Of a stretch of DNA of 32,000 nucleotides, positions 9,773-18,262 are shown piece by piece. Position numbers and translations under genes: made by a program. Positions within the stretch are counted from its first letter, which is position 1. Each line of letters begins with the position of its first letter. Source of the DNA: an uncultured Chloroflexia bacterium (GTDB taxonomy: Bacteria > Chloroflexota > Anaerolineae > Anaerolineales > Anaerolineaceae); contig OY969938.1 in NCBI GenBank assembly GCA_963704755.1, forward strand, positions 4,830,001 to 4,862,000, in the 5' to 3' direction. A model generated the notes under the pieces. That model searched no databases. It worked only from the letters and a program-made list of their open reading frames with translations, and was not told the origin of the DNA.

Positions 9773-10921
9773 TTATGGGATATTTCGACGACAAAAATCG
9801 AGGGTAGTGTTAATGGCCCAGCCCAGCCCTAATTGAGGTGGCCCGCCGTAAGACAAGTCGTTCTTGAGGGTTCCTTTGGGGGTGATCAGAGCCAATTCGA
9901 GCTTCTGGCGAATCGGGCCGGGGGTATAGATTGCTCCCAGAGCAGCCTGGGCCTGGTTATTTTGGCTTGCATCTGCCAGGCAGGTCTCCAATGCTTGCAT
10001 ATCTTGAGGCGTCTCTCCATTATCACTCGGGCAGACTACCTCCGGGCTTGTGGCCATTCTCCGGCAAATTCCGCTCTCCAGACCCCACTCCAGGATTGCC
10101 AGGCGCCATTTGCGCGTAGCCAAAGCACGGCTCAGGACATCTTGTAAGGTTTCCTGGTCGTACCCATACACGGCATTGCCCACCCGCTGGCGGACAACTT
10201 CGACGACCCGTGAAATCATTTCGTCGGCTTCCGCTTCGGATTCGGCCTTGGCCGTCACGCGGATATCTACCTGGCCGGGGTGGGCCAGCAGGCCCACGGT
10301 CGGGTTCTCCAACCGTTCCAGGTCATCGATCCACTCGTCCACCTGAGATTCGCCTACGCCGGCCGTATGCACGACCAGGGCTTTGATGACCTCGTGTAGG
10401 GTGAACTTTTCGCGCAGCAAGGGGATGACGCTGAGATCCAGAATGGTCTCCATCTCGCGCGGTACGCCGGGCATGCTGATCACCAGCTTGTGATTGACTT
10501 CGGCGTAAAAGGCCGGGGCGGTGCCGACCGGGTTCTCGATCACTACCGCGCCGGCCGGCAGATAAGCCTGGCGGCGGTTATTCTCGGTCGGGTTGCGATG
10601 GTAACGTTGAAAACGCTCCTGGATGACCTCCCAAAGCTCGGGGTGAAACTCGAGTTCGACCCCTAAGGCGTAGGCAACGGCCTGGCGGGTAGGATCATCC
10701 ACGGTTGGGCCTAATCCACCGGTGGTGAGGATAATATCGGAGCGGGTCAGGGCTTCCTGTATGGCTTTACCGATTCTTTTGTCGTTGTCGCCAATAATGG
10801 TGGCGCGAAAGAAATCTACGCCATGATCGCGTAATTTGCGGGCGAGGTAGGCTGTGTTGGTATCCTGAATCTCGCCCAGGAGTAATTCGGTACCGATTGC
10901 AATGGTCTCGGCTGTGGGCAT
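9773..10921 (-). CDS. cinA: CinA-like protein: MoCF-binding/COG1058 N-domain with a shortened, degenerate C-terminal CinA (PncC-like) domain
   Basis: AIGTELLLGEIQDTNTAYLARKL...ILTTGGLGPTVDDPT at the N-terminus. The C-terminus has LAILEWGLESG where canonical CinA has LATAESCTGG. The probable start is ATG 10921. Confidence 0.8.
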   Translation of the reverse strand: MPTAETIAIGTELLLGEIQDTNTAYLARKLRDHGVDFFRATIIGDNDKRIGKAIQEALTRSDIILTTGGLGPTVDDPTRQAVAYALGVELEFHPELWEVIQERFQRYHRNPTENNRRQAYLPAGAVVIENPVGTAPAFYAEVNHKLVISMPGVPREMETILDLSVIPLLREKFTLHEVIKALVVHTAGVGESQVDEWIDDLERLENPTVGLLAHPGQVDIRVTAKAESEAEADEMISRVVEVVRQRVGNAVYGYDQETLQDVLSRALATRKWRLAILEWGLESGICRRMATSPEVVCPSDNGETPQDMQALETCLADASQNNQAQAALGAIYTPGPIRQKLELALITPKGTLKNDLSYGGPPQLGLGWAINTTLDFCRRNIP

Positions 10922-11063
10922 GATTAATTTACCTGATTTATGGATTATTTTTTTTACCACTGGCAATTTTACTGACCAATGGCAGTTTGATTTACATTGT
11001 ATCAGATATCTTTCGGGGCAGTAGCGATTTTAGCGCGTGGGAAAGAGGTGGGCCACGGTTGAG

Positions 11064-11324
11064 CACGGATGGACACAGATTTTCTTAATTTAAGGAATCC
11101 TTAAAAAAACTTGTGGGTAATTCACGGGCTCCTGTTAAAAAATTCCGAATTTAATAAGATAGGCAGCCTGGCTTTCCAAGCCATCGACCCGCACTGCCTC
11201 GCAGAGCGGGCTCGGTCTGGAGATCGGCCCGAACGCCAACAATGGGATTTCAATGAAATGGCTGCGCACCAGCCATTTCATCGAAATCCCAATAAACATC
11301 TGTGTCCATCAGCGTAAATCCGTG
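11064..11324. repeat. Composite nested inverted-repeat region, carrying a half copy of the palindromic element at 11117..11152
   Basis: Outer inverted repeat: cacggat+ggacacagat (11064..11080) against atctgtgtcc...atccgtg (11298..11324). Inner hairpin at 11244..11290 has 21-nt arms with one mismatch. Segment 11117..11152 aligns to the arm of the 14476..14587 element. Confidence 0.55.
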
Positions 11325-11359
11325 GCGGATGGCCATGAACCGAGGGTAAAATAGAGGGT

Positions 11360-11743
11360 ATGGCAGGAAAAACGGGTATTGGCAGGCATAACGCACAATT
11401 GGGCTCATGGGGGGAGCAGCGAGCAGTGGAATTCTTGAGGGACAAGGGCTACACGATCCTTGGCAGGAATATCCGCACACCTTATGGCGAGATCGACTTG
11501 CTGGCGCAGAAAGACGGCCAGGTCGTTTTCGTCGAAGTCAAGACCCGCAGCAATACCGCTTTTGGCGCACCGGAAGAGTCGATTACGGCGCTGAAGCGGG
11601 AGCACCTGATCGCCTGCGCGGAATATTATTTGCAATCCATGGACTGCCCGGCGGAAGGCTGGCGCATCGATGTGATCGCTATCCTGGGGAAACCCGGCAG
11701 GAAACCCCAAGATATCACCTGGTTCGAAAATGCTCTGGCCTGA
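11360..11743 (+). CDS. yraN: YraN-family (UPF0102) endonuclease-like protein
   Basis: GEQRAVEFLRDKGYTILGRNIRTPYGEIDLLAQKDGQVVFVEVKTR. Confidence 0.88.
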   Translation: MAGKTGIGRHNAQLGSWGEQRAVEFLRDKGYTILGRNIRTPYGEIDLLAQKDGQVVFVEVKTRSNTAFGAPEESITALKREHLIACAEYYLQSMDCPAEGWRIDVIAILGKPGRKPQDITWFENALA

Positions 11744-12695
11744 TCTCTCCGCTCCGTTGGTGGTTATCCTTGGGCCGACCGGGGTTGGCAAAACCGACCT
11801 ATCCCTGGACCTGGCCGAGCGCCTGGGGGGTGAGATTGTTTCGGCCGATTCGCGCCTGTTTTACCGTGGTATGGATATCGGCACGGCCAAACCGACCCGG
11901 CAAGAACGAACCCGGGTCCCGCATCATTTGATCGACGTGGCTGCACCTGACGAAGTCTGGAGCCTGGCTACTTTCAAGCAAGCCGCCCAGGCAGCGATCC
12001 AGGTTGTGCAAGACCGCGGAAAGCTCCCGCTGCTGGTAGGTGGGACCGGCCAGTATGTACAGGCTATCCTGGAGGATTGGCAGATCCCCGTTCAGCAGCC
12101 GGATGAGCGTTTGCGGGAGGTCCTGGAGAATTGGGGTCGGCAGATCGGCCCGCTGGAACTGCACCGAAAACTGGCGTCCATCGACCCCCAGGCCGCCGCC
12201 AATATCGAGCCAAATAACGTACGCCGGACGGTGCGCGCTTTCGAGGTTATTTTTTTGACCGGACGCAAGTTCTCCGATCAACGCCGTAAAGGCCGGTGTA
12301 AATATTCGGTCTTGAAAGTGGGCCTGCGCCGGCCACGAAGCGATTTATATGCCCGCATCGATGCCCGTATCGACAAAATGTTTGCCGACGGGTTAGTGAA
12401 CGAAGTATCCGGGCTGTTAGTGCAGGGGTATTCAGCGGAGCTGCCCTCGATGAGCGCAATCGGGTACGGCGAAGTCGTGGCCTTCTTGCAAGGGAAAATT
12501 AACCTGGAAGAAGCCAAGGCCCAGATCAAACGCTCCACGCGGATTTTCGTCCGCCGGCAGGCCAATTGGTTCAAGGAAAGCGACCCGAGCATCCACTGGT
12601 TTGATGCTCGGGCGGGTGTAGTCGAAGATGTTTATAAGCTGATCATCAGCGGAAAGGAATTTATTCCGGCAGAACCTTTACCGGAAAGTATTTAA
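11730..12695 (+). CDS. miaA: tRNA dimethylallyltransferase
   Basis: VILGPTGVGKTDLSLDLAERLGGEIVSADSRLFYRGMDIGTAKPT. It overlaps yraN by 14 nt. Confidence 0.92.
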   Translation: MLWPDLSAPLVVILGPTGVGKTDLSLDLAERLGGEIVSADSRLFYRGMDIGTAKPTRQERTRVPHHLIDVAAPDEVWSLATFKQAAQAAIQVVQDRGKLPLLVGGTGQYVQAILEDWQIPVQQPDERLREVLENWGRQIGPLELHRKLASIDPQAAANIEPNNVRRTVRAFEVIFLTGRKFSDQRRKGRCKYSVLKVGLRRPRSDLYARIDARIDKMFADGLVNEVSGLLVQGYSAELPSMSAIGYGEVVAFLQGKINLEEAKAQIKRSTRIFVRRQANWFKESDPSIHWFDARAGVVEDVYKLIISGKEFIPAEPLPESI

Positions 12696-14374
12696 TGGAA
12701 AAGATGCCCACAAAACCCTGGTTGAAACAATACAATTCATCGGTGCCGCCCACTTTGAGTTACCCAAACCTGGTCTTGCATGATTATCTGGCGCAAGCCG
12801 CCCGGCGTTTCCCGGAGCGGGCTTGCACGATATTCGCGGATCAGACGATCAGTTTTTCAGAAATGGAAGCCCTAACCGACGCATTTGCCGCGGCGCTGAT
12901 ACGCTGGGGGGTGCATAAAGGCGATCGGGTGGGGATCATCCTGCCGAATATTCCCCAATTCGTCCTGGCGTTCTATGGTGTCCTGAAAGCCGGCGGAATT
13001 GTGGTGGCGATGAACCCGCAGTACAAAGAACGGGAATTAACCTTCCAGATCGGCAATTCACAGGTCAAAACGGTCGTGGCGTTGGCCTCACTAAAAGAAC
13101 TGTTGGAGACCGTCCGGGGGCAGACGCCGATCGAATCGATTATTTACACCGAAGTTGAGGACGCCTCCGATTTACTGGATACAAGCCTGGCCGAATTTAT
13201 GCCAGCGCGGCCGTGCTCAAGCGGCCCGGGGGACTGCTGGCTGACCACGTTTCTCTCTATCGGCCGGCAATACAAAGTGGATTTGCCGGTCCTGTCTGCG
13301 CAGGACCCGGCGGTTTACCAATACACCGGTGGGACGACTGGCACACCCAAGGCCGCGATAGGACTGCACAGAAACCTGGTCGCCAACACCACCCAGTTCA
13401 GGAACTGGCTGTCCGGGATGGTGGACGGCCAGGAAGTGGTCATGACGGCGATCCCGCTTTATCATGTCTACGGGATGGTCATTGCGATGAGCGTGGGTAT
13501 TGGCCTGGGGGCCAGCCTGGTGCTGGTCCATAACCCGCGTAACCTGGATGATATTCTGCTCGGCATTCAAAAATATAAGGCGACGCTGTTTCCGGGCGTG
13601 CCTAATTTGTACCAGTCGATCAACCAATCGCCGGACGTGCTGGCCGGAAAAATCGACTTGAGCTCGATCAAGGCCTGTATCAGTGGATCGGCTCCGCTGA
13701 TGGCGGAGACGAAGCACAAGTTCGAGGAATTAACCGGGGGAAAGGTGATGGAGGGCTACGGCCTATCCGAGGCGCCGACGGCCACCCATTGCAACCCGAT
13801 GTACGGCGAAAACCGCAGCGGTTCGATCGGCCTGCCGCTGCCAGATGTCGATTGCCGCATCGTCGATCTCGAAGATGGGCGGACAGAGCTGCCGGCCGAA
13901 CGGCCAGGCGAGCTGATCATTCGAGGCCCGCAGGTGATGGCCGGGTATCATAACCAGCCCGAAGAAGAGAAAATAACCTTGATCGACGGCTGGTTGCATA
14001 CCGGTGATATCGCCCGCATGGACGAAGATGGCTATTTTTACTTGGTGGATCGCAAAAAAGAACTCATCAAAATTAGCGGTTTCCAGGTCTGGCCTCGCGA
14101 AGTGGAGGAGGTCATTGCCTTGCACCCCAAGGTAGCGGAGGTAGCCATTTCAGGAGTACCCGATCCGGTACGGGTGGAAATTGTGAAGGCCTGGGTGGTA
14201 TTGAAACCGGGTGAAAGTATGACCGCCGAGGACATCCGCGTATGGTGCGGCCAATACCTGGCGCGCTATAAAGTACCGGCCCAGGTCTCGTTCCGCACTG
14301 AACTACCTCGAACAAGCGTGGGCAAGGTATTACGCCGAGAACTGCGCCGGATGTATATCGAAGGGATTGAATAA
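12695..14374 (+). CDS. Long-chain fatty acid--CoA ligase (AMP-binding/ANL superfamily)
   Basis: YTGGTTGTPKAA (AMP motif), GYGLSE and the TGDIARMDEDGYFYLVDRKKELIK motif. The start overlaps the miaA stop as TAATG. Confidence 0.88.
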   Translation: MEKMPTKPWLKQYNSSVPPTLSYPNLVLHDYLAQAARRFPERACTIFADQTISFSEMEALTDAFAAALIRWGVHKGDRVGIILPNIPQFVLAFYGVLKAGGIVVAMNPQYKERELTFQIGNSQVKTVVALASLKELLETVRGQTPIESIIYTEVEDASDLLDTSLAEFMPARPCSSGPGDCWLTTFLSIGRQYKVDLPVLSAQDPAVYQYTGGTTGTPKAAIGLHRNLVANTTQFRNWLSGMVDGQEVVMTAIPLYHVYGMVIAMSVGIGLGASLVLVHNPRNLDDILLGIQKYKATLFPGVPNLYQSINQSPDVLAGKIDLSSIKACISGSAPLMAETKHKFEELTGGKVMEGYGLSEAPTATHCNPMYGENRSGSIGLPLPDVDCRIVDLEDGRTELPAERPGELIIRGPQVMAGYHNQPEEEKITLIDGWLHTGDIARMDEDGYFYLVDRKKELIKISGFQVWPREVEEVIALHPKVAEVAISGVPDPVRVEIVKAWVVLKPGESMTAEDIRVWCGQYLARYKVPAQVSFRTELPRTSVGKVLRRELRRMYIEGIE

Positions 14375-14409
14375 CCTTTTTGCATACTCGCTCATAAAAT
14401 GTTCTACCT

Positions 14410-14474
14410 CCGGATAAATAAATAAAAAAGAGCCCTGGCCGATAGCCAGGGCTCTTTTTTATTTATTTATCCGG
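14410..14474. terminator. Bidirectional intrinsic terminator, a perfect palindrome with 30-nt arms
   Basis: ccggataaataaataaaaaagagccctggc / cgata / gccagggctcttttttatttatttatccgg. It lies between the convergent CoA-ligase gene and ftsH. The GC core is flanked by A/T runs on both strands. Confidence 0.85.
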
Positions 14475-14475
14475 T

Positions 14476-14587
14476 GTGACTGCTCAGCCTAGCGAGGAAG
14501 AAACCCGAATTTGAGGTGCGTGCGGGGGCGGAGCCCCCGCACGCACCTCAAATTCGGGAACTTCTTAACAGGAGCCTGAGTAGTTAC
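14476..14587. repeat. Long-form palindromic (REP/MITE-like) element, copy A
   Basis: A perfect 25-26-bp hairpin cccgaatttgaggtgcgtgcggggg(c)/gga/(g)cccccgcacgcacctcaaattcggg (14504..14558) is flanked by the imperfect inverted termini gtgactgctcagcc / ggagcctgagtagttac. It aligns over about 110 bp with 27246..27358. Confidence 0.8.
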
Positions 14588-16443
14588 TATCCGGCTACCA
14601 TCACCGGGACACCACTGCTTTTCGGGAAAGGAGGTGGGAAAATCGCCTCGAATTCATCGCGTGAGATCGTTTCTACTTCGATCAGTTTGGTGGCGACTGC
14701 ATCCAGTTTGTCGCGGTATTGGCTGAGAATATCGCGGGCCTGGGCGTATGCGTCGCGGACCAGGGTGCGGACCTCGCGGTCGATCATTTCGGCGACTGCC
14801 TCGGAGTAATCACGCTGTTCCGAGATCTCACGACCCAAGAAAATGAGCTCTTCCTTCTGGCCATAGACCATCGGGCCCATCTCACTGCTCATACCCAGGC
14901 GGGTGACCATGTTGCGGGCGATCTGGGTGACCCGTTCGATGTCGTTGCCGGCGCCGGAAGTGATATCGTCGAAGACGATCTCTTCTGCTGCCCGGCCGCC
15001 CAAAAGGCCAACCATTTCAGCAATCAACTTCTTGCGCGGCATCACCGTCCGGTCATCGGTCGGCAGGGCCATGGTGTAGCCACCAGCCATTCCACGAGCG
15101 ACGATGGTCACTTTCATGACCGGATCGTGCTCCGGCAGGGCGTTCATCACCACCGCGTGACCGGCTTCGTGATAAGCAATGATCTTCTTTTCGTCATCGC
15201 TGATCAGGCGGCTCTTGCGTTCTGGGCCGGCGATGACTCGCTCGATGGCTTCTTCGAACTCAGACTGCGAGATGCTCTTGCGGTTACGTCGGGCAGCTAA
15301 AATAGCAGCCTCGTTGACCAGGTTTTCCAGATCGGCACCCACAAATCCAGGTGTAGCCCGTGCCAGGGTGGAAAGCTCCACGCCCGGTTCCAAAGGTTTG
15401 CCTTTGATATGGACTTTGAGAATGGCTTCCCGTCCGCGCACATCCGGGCGATCCAGTACAACCCGGCGGTCGAAACGGCCTGGCCGCAGCAAGGCCGGGT
15501 CCAGAATATCGGGGCGGTTGGTGGCTGCCATGATGATGATGTTGGTGTCGGTATCGAAACCATCCATCTCCACCAGCATCTGGTTAAGAGTTTGCTCACG
15601 TTCGTCGTGGCTTCCACCTAAACCGGCGCCACGCTGGCGGCCGACCGCGTCGATTTCATCGACGAAGACGATACAGGGCGAATGCCGTTTGGCCTGGTCG
15701 AACAGGTCACGCACCCGGCTGGCGCCTACACCGACGAACATTTCGACAAATTCCGAGCCGGAAATCGAGAAGAAAGGCACACCGGCTTCGCCGGAGACGG
15801 CTTTGGCCATGAGAGTCTTACCGGTGCCGGGAGGGCCGACCAGCAAAACACCTTTGGGGATGCGCGCGCCTAATTGAATGAACTTCTGAGGCTCGCGCAG
15901 GAATTCGACGACTTCCTTTAATTCCTCCTTCGCCTCTTCAACCCCTGCGACATCGGTAAAGGTTACGGTAGGATGATCGCCGGTAAACATTCTGGCTCGC
16001 GATTTGCCGAAGGACATTGCGGCATTATTGCTGCCCTGAGCTTGCCGGAAAATAAAGAAGAATGCGCCGACCAGCAGGATGAAGGGGAAGATGTAACCGA
16101 GAGCGGTCAAAATTCCTAACCAGGCACTGGGTGGCTTGATCAAAATCTTTATTTTGTCAGGAGATAACTGATCTTGGGAAACGCCATAATCCAAAAGTTG
16201 TTGTACCAGGGTAGCCGTCGACTCTTTCGTCGCTACCTGAGTAGAAAGGTCTTTGTAGGTAATGGTCAGGCGGTCCTGGTCTTCCTCGATCTTTGTAACC
16301 TTTTGATTTTTAATATCTTCAGCAAGTTGATTAAGGGTCACCTCAGAGGGGTTGCTGCGTTGATTTACGCTATAAACCAGCATAGAAATAATAGCGATAA
16401 ACAGCAACACATAGACGATGTATGATTGGTTGCGAGAACTCAC
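14587..16443 (-). CDS. ftsH: ATP-dependent zinc metalloprotease FtsH (GTG start)
   Basis: Walker A GPPGTGKT, an SRH region, the zinc motif HEAGHAV and an N-terminal TM segment. A GGAGGT SD lies upstream of the GTG at 16443. Confidence 0.95.
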   Translation of the reverse strand: MSSRNQSYIVYVLLFIAIISMLVYSVNQRSNPSEVTLNQLAEDIKNQKVTKIEEDQDRLTITYKDLSTQVATKESTATLVQQLLDYGVSQDQLSPDKIKILIKPPSAWLGILTALGYIFPFILLVGAFFFIFRQAQGSNNAAMSFGKSRARMFTGDHPTVTFTDVAGVEEAKEELKEVVEFLREPQKFIQLGARIPKGVLLVGPPGTGKTLMAKAVSGEAGVPFFSISGSEFVEMFVGVGASRVRDLFDQAKRHSPCIVFVDEIDAVGRQRGAGLGGSHDEREQTLNQMLVEMDGFDTDTNIIIMAATNRPDILDPALLRPGRFDRRVVLDRPDVRGREAILKVHIKGKPLEPGVELSTLARATPGFVGADLENLVNEAAILAARRNRKSISQSEFEEAIERVIAGPERKSRLISDDEKKIIAYHEAGHAVVMNALPEHDPVMKVTIVARGMAGGYTMALPTDDRTVMPRKKLIAEMVGLLGGRAAEEIVFDDITSGAGNDIERVTQIARNMVTRLGMSSEMGPMVYGQKEELIFLGREISEQRDYSEAVAEMIDREVRTLVRDAYAQARDILSQYRDKLDAVATKLIEVETISRDEFEAIFPPPFPKSSGVPVMVAG

Positions 16444-16500
16444 ATGTACCTCCGGTTTCAGGATAACCGAAACAGGTTCTTTCGTTGATTAGTCAACGAG

Positions 16501-16529
16501 ATTATACCAATCTATTAAACCTGTTGCCA
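16501..16529 (-). promoter_or_regulatory. Candidate ftsH promoter (extended -10 TGGTATAAT, weak -35)
   Basis: The minus strand reads tggcaa-17 nt-tataat with TG at the extended -10 position, about 50 nt upstream of the GTG start. Confidence 0.35.
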
Positions 16530-16642
16530 GTATGTGGATAAATATTGATATATTTATTATAAATCTCTTATATTCAGGGCCGGTGAAAAACCGGACTGAA
16601 TTTTAGGCTTAGGGGTGGACCGGGTCGGTCAGCGCCAGGAGA

Positions 16643-17845
16643 TCAGGCTTGCAAGGCTTCCCAGGCCTGGTTGATGTGATTGCGGTCGTGGGTGGCGATG
16701 AATTCGACAATTTCCATGAGCGTGGTCGGGCCAAAGATGGCGTGACGGGCGGGTTCCTGCCAATCACCGGTCTGCAAATTGAGCAGCAGGTTGAGCAAGC
16801 CGGAGCGGGCTTCGGTAAACTCGACCAGGGCTTTGGGACCGTTCTGGCTGACGTATTTCCGTTCCTCTACCCAGGGGTCCGTCATGACGGCCGGGATGAA
16901 GGGGTTGCTCCCGGAAAGGATAGTCTTGATCCGGTCGTAATTTACTTCGAGATCGACATCCCGAAGGTGGCAAAGGATCTCGGTGAAACTCCATTCCTGT
17001 GGCGCCGGCCGGTGATTCCACTGTTCTGACGACAGGTCGGTCGATAAATCCGACATGGCCGCAGGTGTGGATTGGAGCGTGGCGATCGAGGCGGTACTGC
17101 TGGTGTAGGCAGGGAGTACCTGGTCGGAAGAGAGGTTTTCCAGCCATGGGAGGATGCCGGAGATGGGGCCGCTTTGGCTGTCCGGATGGCGTTCGAAGGG
17201 GATCTCTGCTTCCGGATCTTCGCATAGCCAATAGGTGGGCATGCCTAATGCTTCGGCAGGGTGAATGTCATCCTCCAGGCTGTTGCCTACCATCGCTACC
17301 GGGCCTTCGGGCCAGCGCAGCCGGGCCAGGATCTCGGCATAATAGGAAGGGTTCGGCTTGCAGAAATGCGAGTTTTCGTAGGTGGTGACCAGCTCGAAGG
17401 GAATGCGATCGACCGGCAGGTTAGCCCAACTCAGGCGCTGGTGAATGGCTGCCGCCGGGAAGAGCGGGTTGGTTGCAACAACGACCGTCCAGCCCTTCTG
17501 GACCGCGGACTGAACCAGACTGACGGCTTCCGGGCGGGGAGACGTCAGGTGCTGGAGGTGCGGAAATTCATCGCGATAATAATTATGGATGGTTTCCTTC
17601 AACAGGCTTTTTTCAACATCGATTTCGGCATAAAAAACCCGGTCGAACGTTTCTTCAAGCGTTCCCCCTGGAAACTGTTTGTGCAGCATGGCTTGAACTG
17701 CTTTATGCATCGCTGCCAACATCTTATCCGGTTCTTTGTAAGGGGAGAAAGCCTCTCCCAGGGTTGAAAAATATGCCTTTATAAAGACGTCTATATCATT
17801 GGTAAGCAGGGTATCGTCGAGATCGAGGAGTAGGGTAAAGGTCAT
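16643..17845 (-). CDS. HAD-superfamily hydrolase fused to a C-terminal DinB-like (DinB_2) domain
   Basis: HAD motifs DLDDTLL, VVATNP and GNSLEDD are present. The C-terminal roughly 140 aa read WSFTEILCHLRDVDLEV...EFIATHDRNHINQ, the His pattern typical of DinB four-helix bundles. Confidence 0.75.
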   Translation of the reverse strand: MTFTLLLDLDDTLLTNDIDVFIKAYFSTLGEAFSPYKEPDKMLAAMHKAVQAMLHKQFPGGTLEETFDRVFYAEIDVEKSLLKETIHNYYRDEFPHLQHLTSPRPEAVSLVQSAVQKGWTVVVATNPLFPAAAIHQRLSWANLPVDRIPFELVTTYENSHFCKPNPSYYAEILARLRWPEGPVAMVGNSLEDDIHPAEALGMPTYWLCEDPEAEIPFERHPDSQSGPISGILPWLENLSSDQVLPAYTSSTASIATLQSTPAAMSDLSTDLSSEQWNHRPAPQEWSFTEILCHLRDVDLEVNYDRIKTILSGSNPFIPAVMTDPWVEERKYVSQNGPKALVEFTEARSGLLNLLLNLQTGDWQEPARHAIFGPTTLMEIVEFIATHDRNHINQAWEALQA

Positions 17846-18177
17846 TGTTCGTTTTCAGTGAACTCCGGTGGTAAGGGGTGACAAAGGCCGCAGCCAACCT
17901 CAGGCTCTTTCACAACCTGGTGGGCTTTGTTGCAATAGCTTGAAACGATCACTTTCCGCCCTAACCCCAGAAAACCGCGCTTGACATTACCTTCCAGGAC
18001 CATGTACGGGCATGCATTGGCTCGTAAAATAGCGGGTACCGGGCAGCTTTGGCACAAATCGGGAGTCCAGTTGTTGGGCGGTGGGTTATTCCCAATCAAA
18101 CGGCATTCCTCGTGACTGCGTCCCCGGAAATAATCCCCAAAGAAATATTTGCACTCTGAACCTGCAGGGGTTTTCAA
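17842..18177 (-). CDS. Cys-rich small protein of unknown function (111 aa, 8 Cys including two CxxC; TTG start)
   Basis: Cys residues fall at positions 9, 25, 42, 45, 56, 82, 96 and 99 (CQSC, CGLC). A GAGG SD lies 5 nt before the TTG. There is an ATGA overlap with the HAD-DinB gene. Confidence 0.55.
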   Translation of the reverse strand: MKTPAGSECKYFFGDYFRGRSHEECRLIGNNPPPNNWTPDLCQSCPVPAILRANACPYMVLEGNVKRGFLGLGRKVIVSSYCNKAHQVVKEPEVGCGLCHPLPPEFTENEQ

Positions 18178-18193
18178 CGACGCCTCACTTTCT

Positions 18194-18221
18194 TAAAAAT
18201 CCGTCCCCTGGAAAGGGGACG
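18194..18221 (-). terminator. Intrinsic terminator after efp
   Basis: The minus strand reads cgtcccct/ttcc/aggggacg followed by gattttt. Confidence 0.8.
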
Positions 18222-18262
18222 ATTCGATTGTCATCCTGATCAAACTACAGCCGTATCAGCGT

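Noticed and set aside
11111-11480. ORFs 11111..11317 (+) and 11250..11480 (-) in the cinA/yraN spacer.
   Set aside because: They run through the inverted repeats, so each partly mirrors the other. Neither has an SD, and the second overlaps the yraN start. I treat them as artefacts of the repeat structure.
11721-11728. A GGTTCGAA T-loop-like motif, which prompted a scan for a tRNA. Intergenic regions were also scanned for RNase P, tmRNA and SRP hallmarks.
   Set aside because: The motif lies inside the yraN coding sequence with no acceptor or anticodon stems around it. No intergenic region shows a cloverleaf or the conserved RNase P, tmRNA or SRP boxes.
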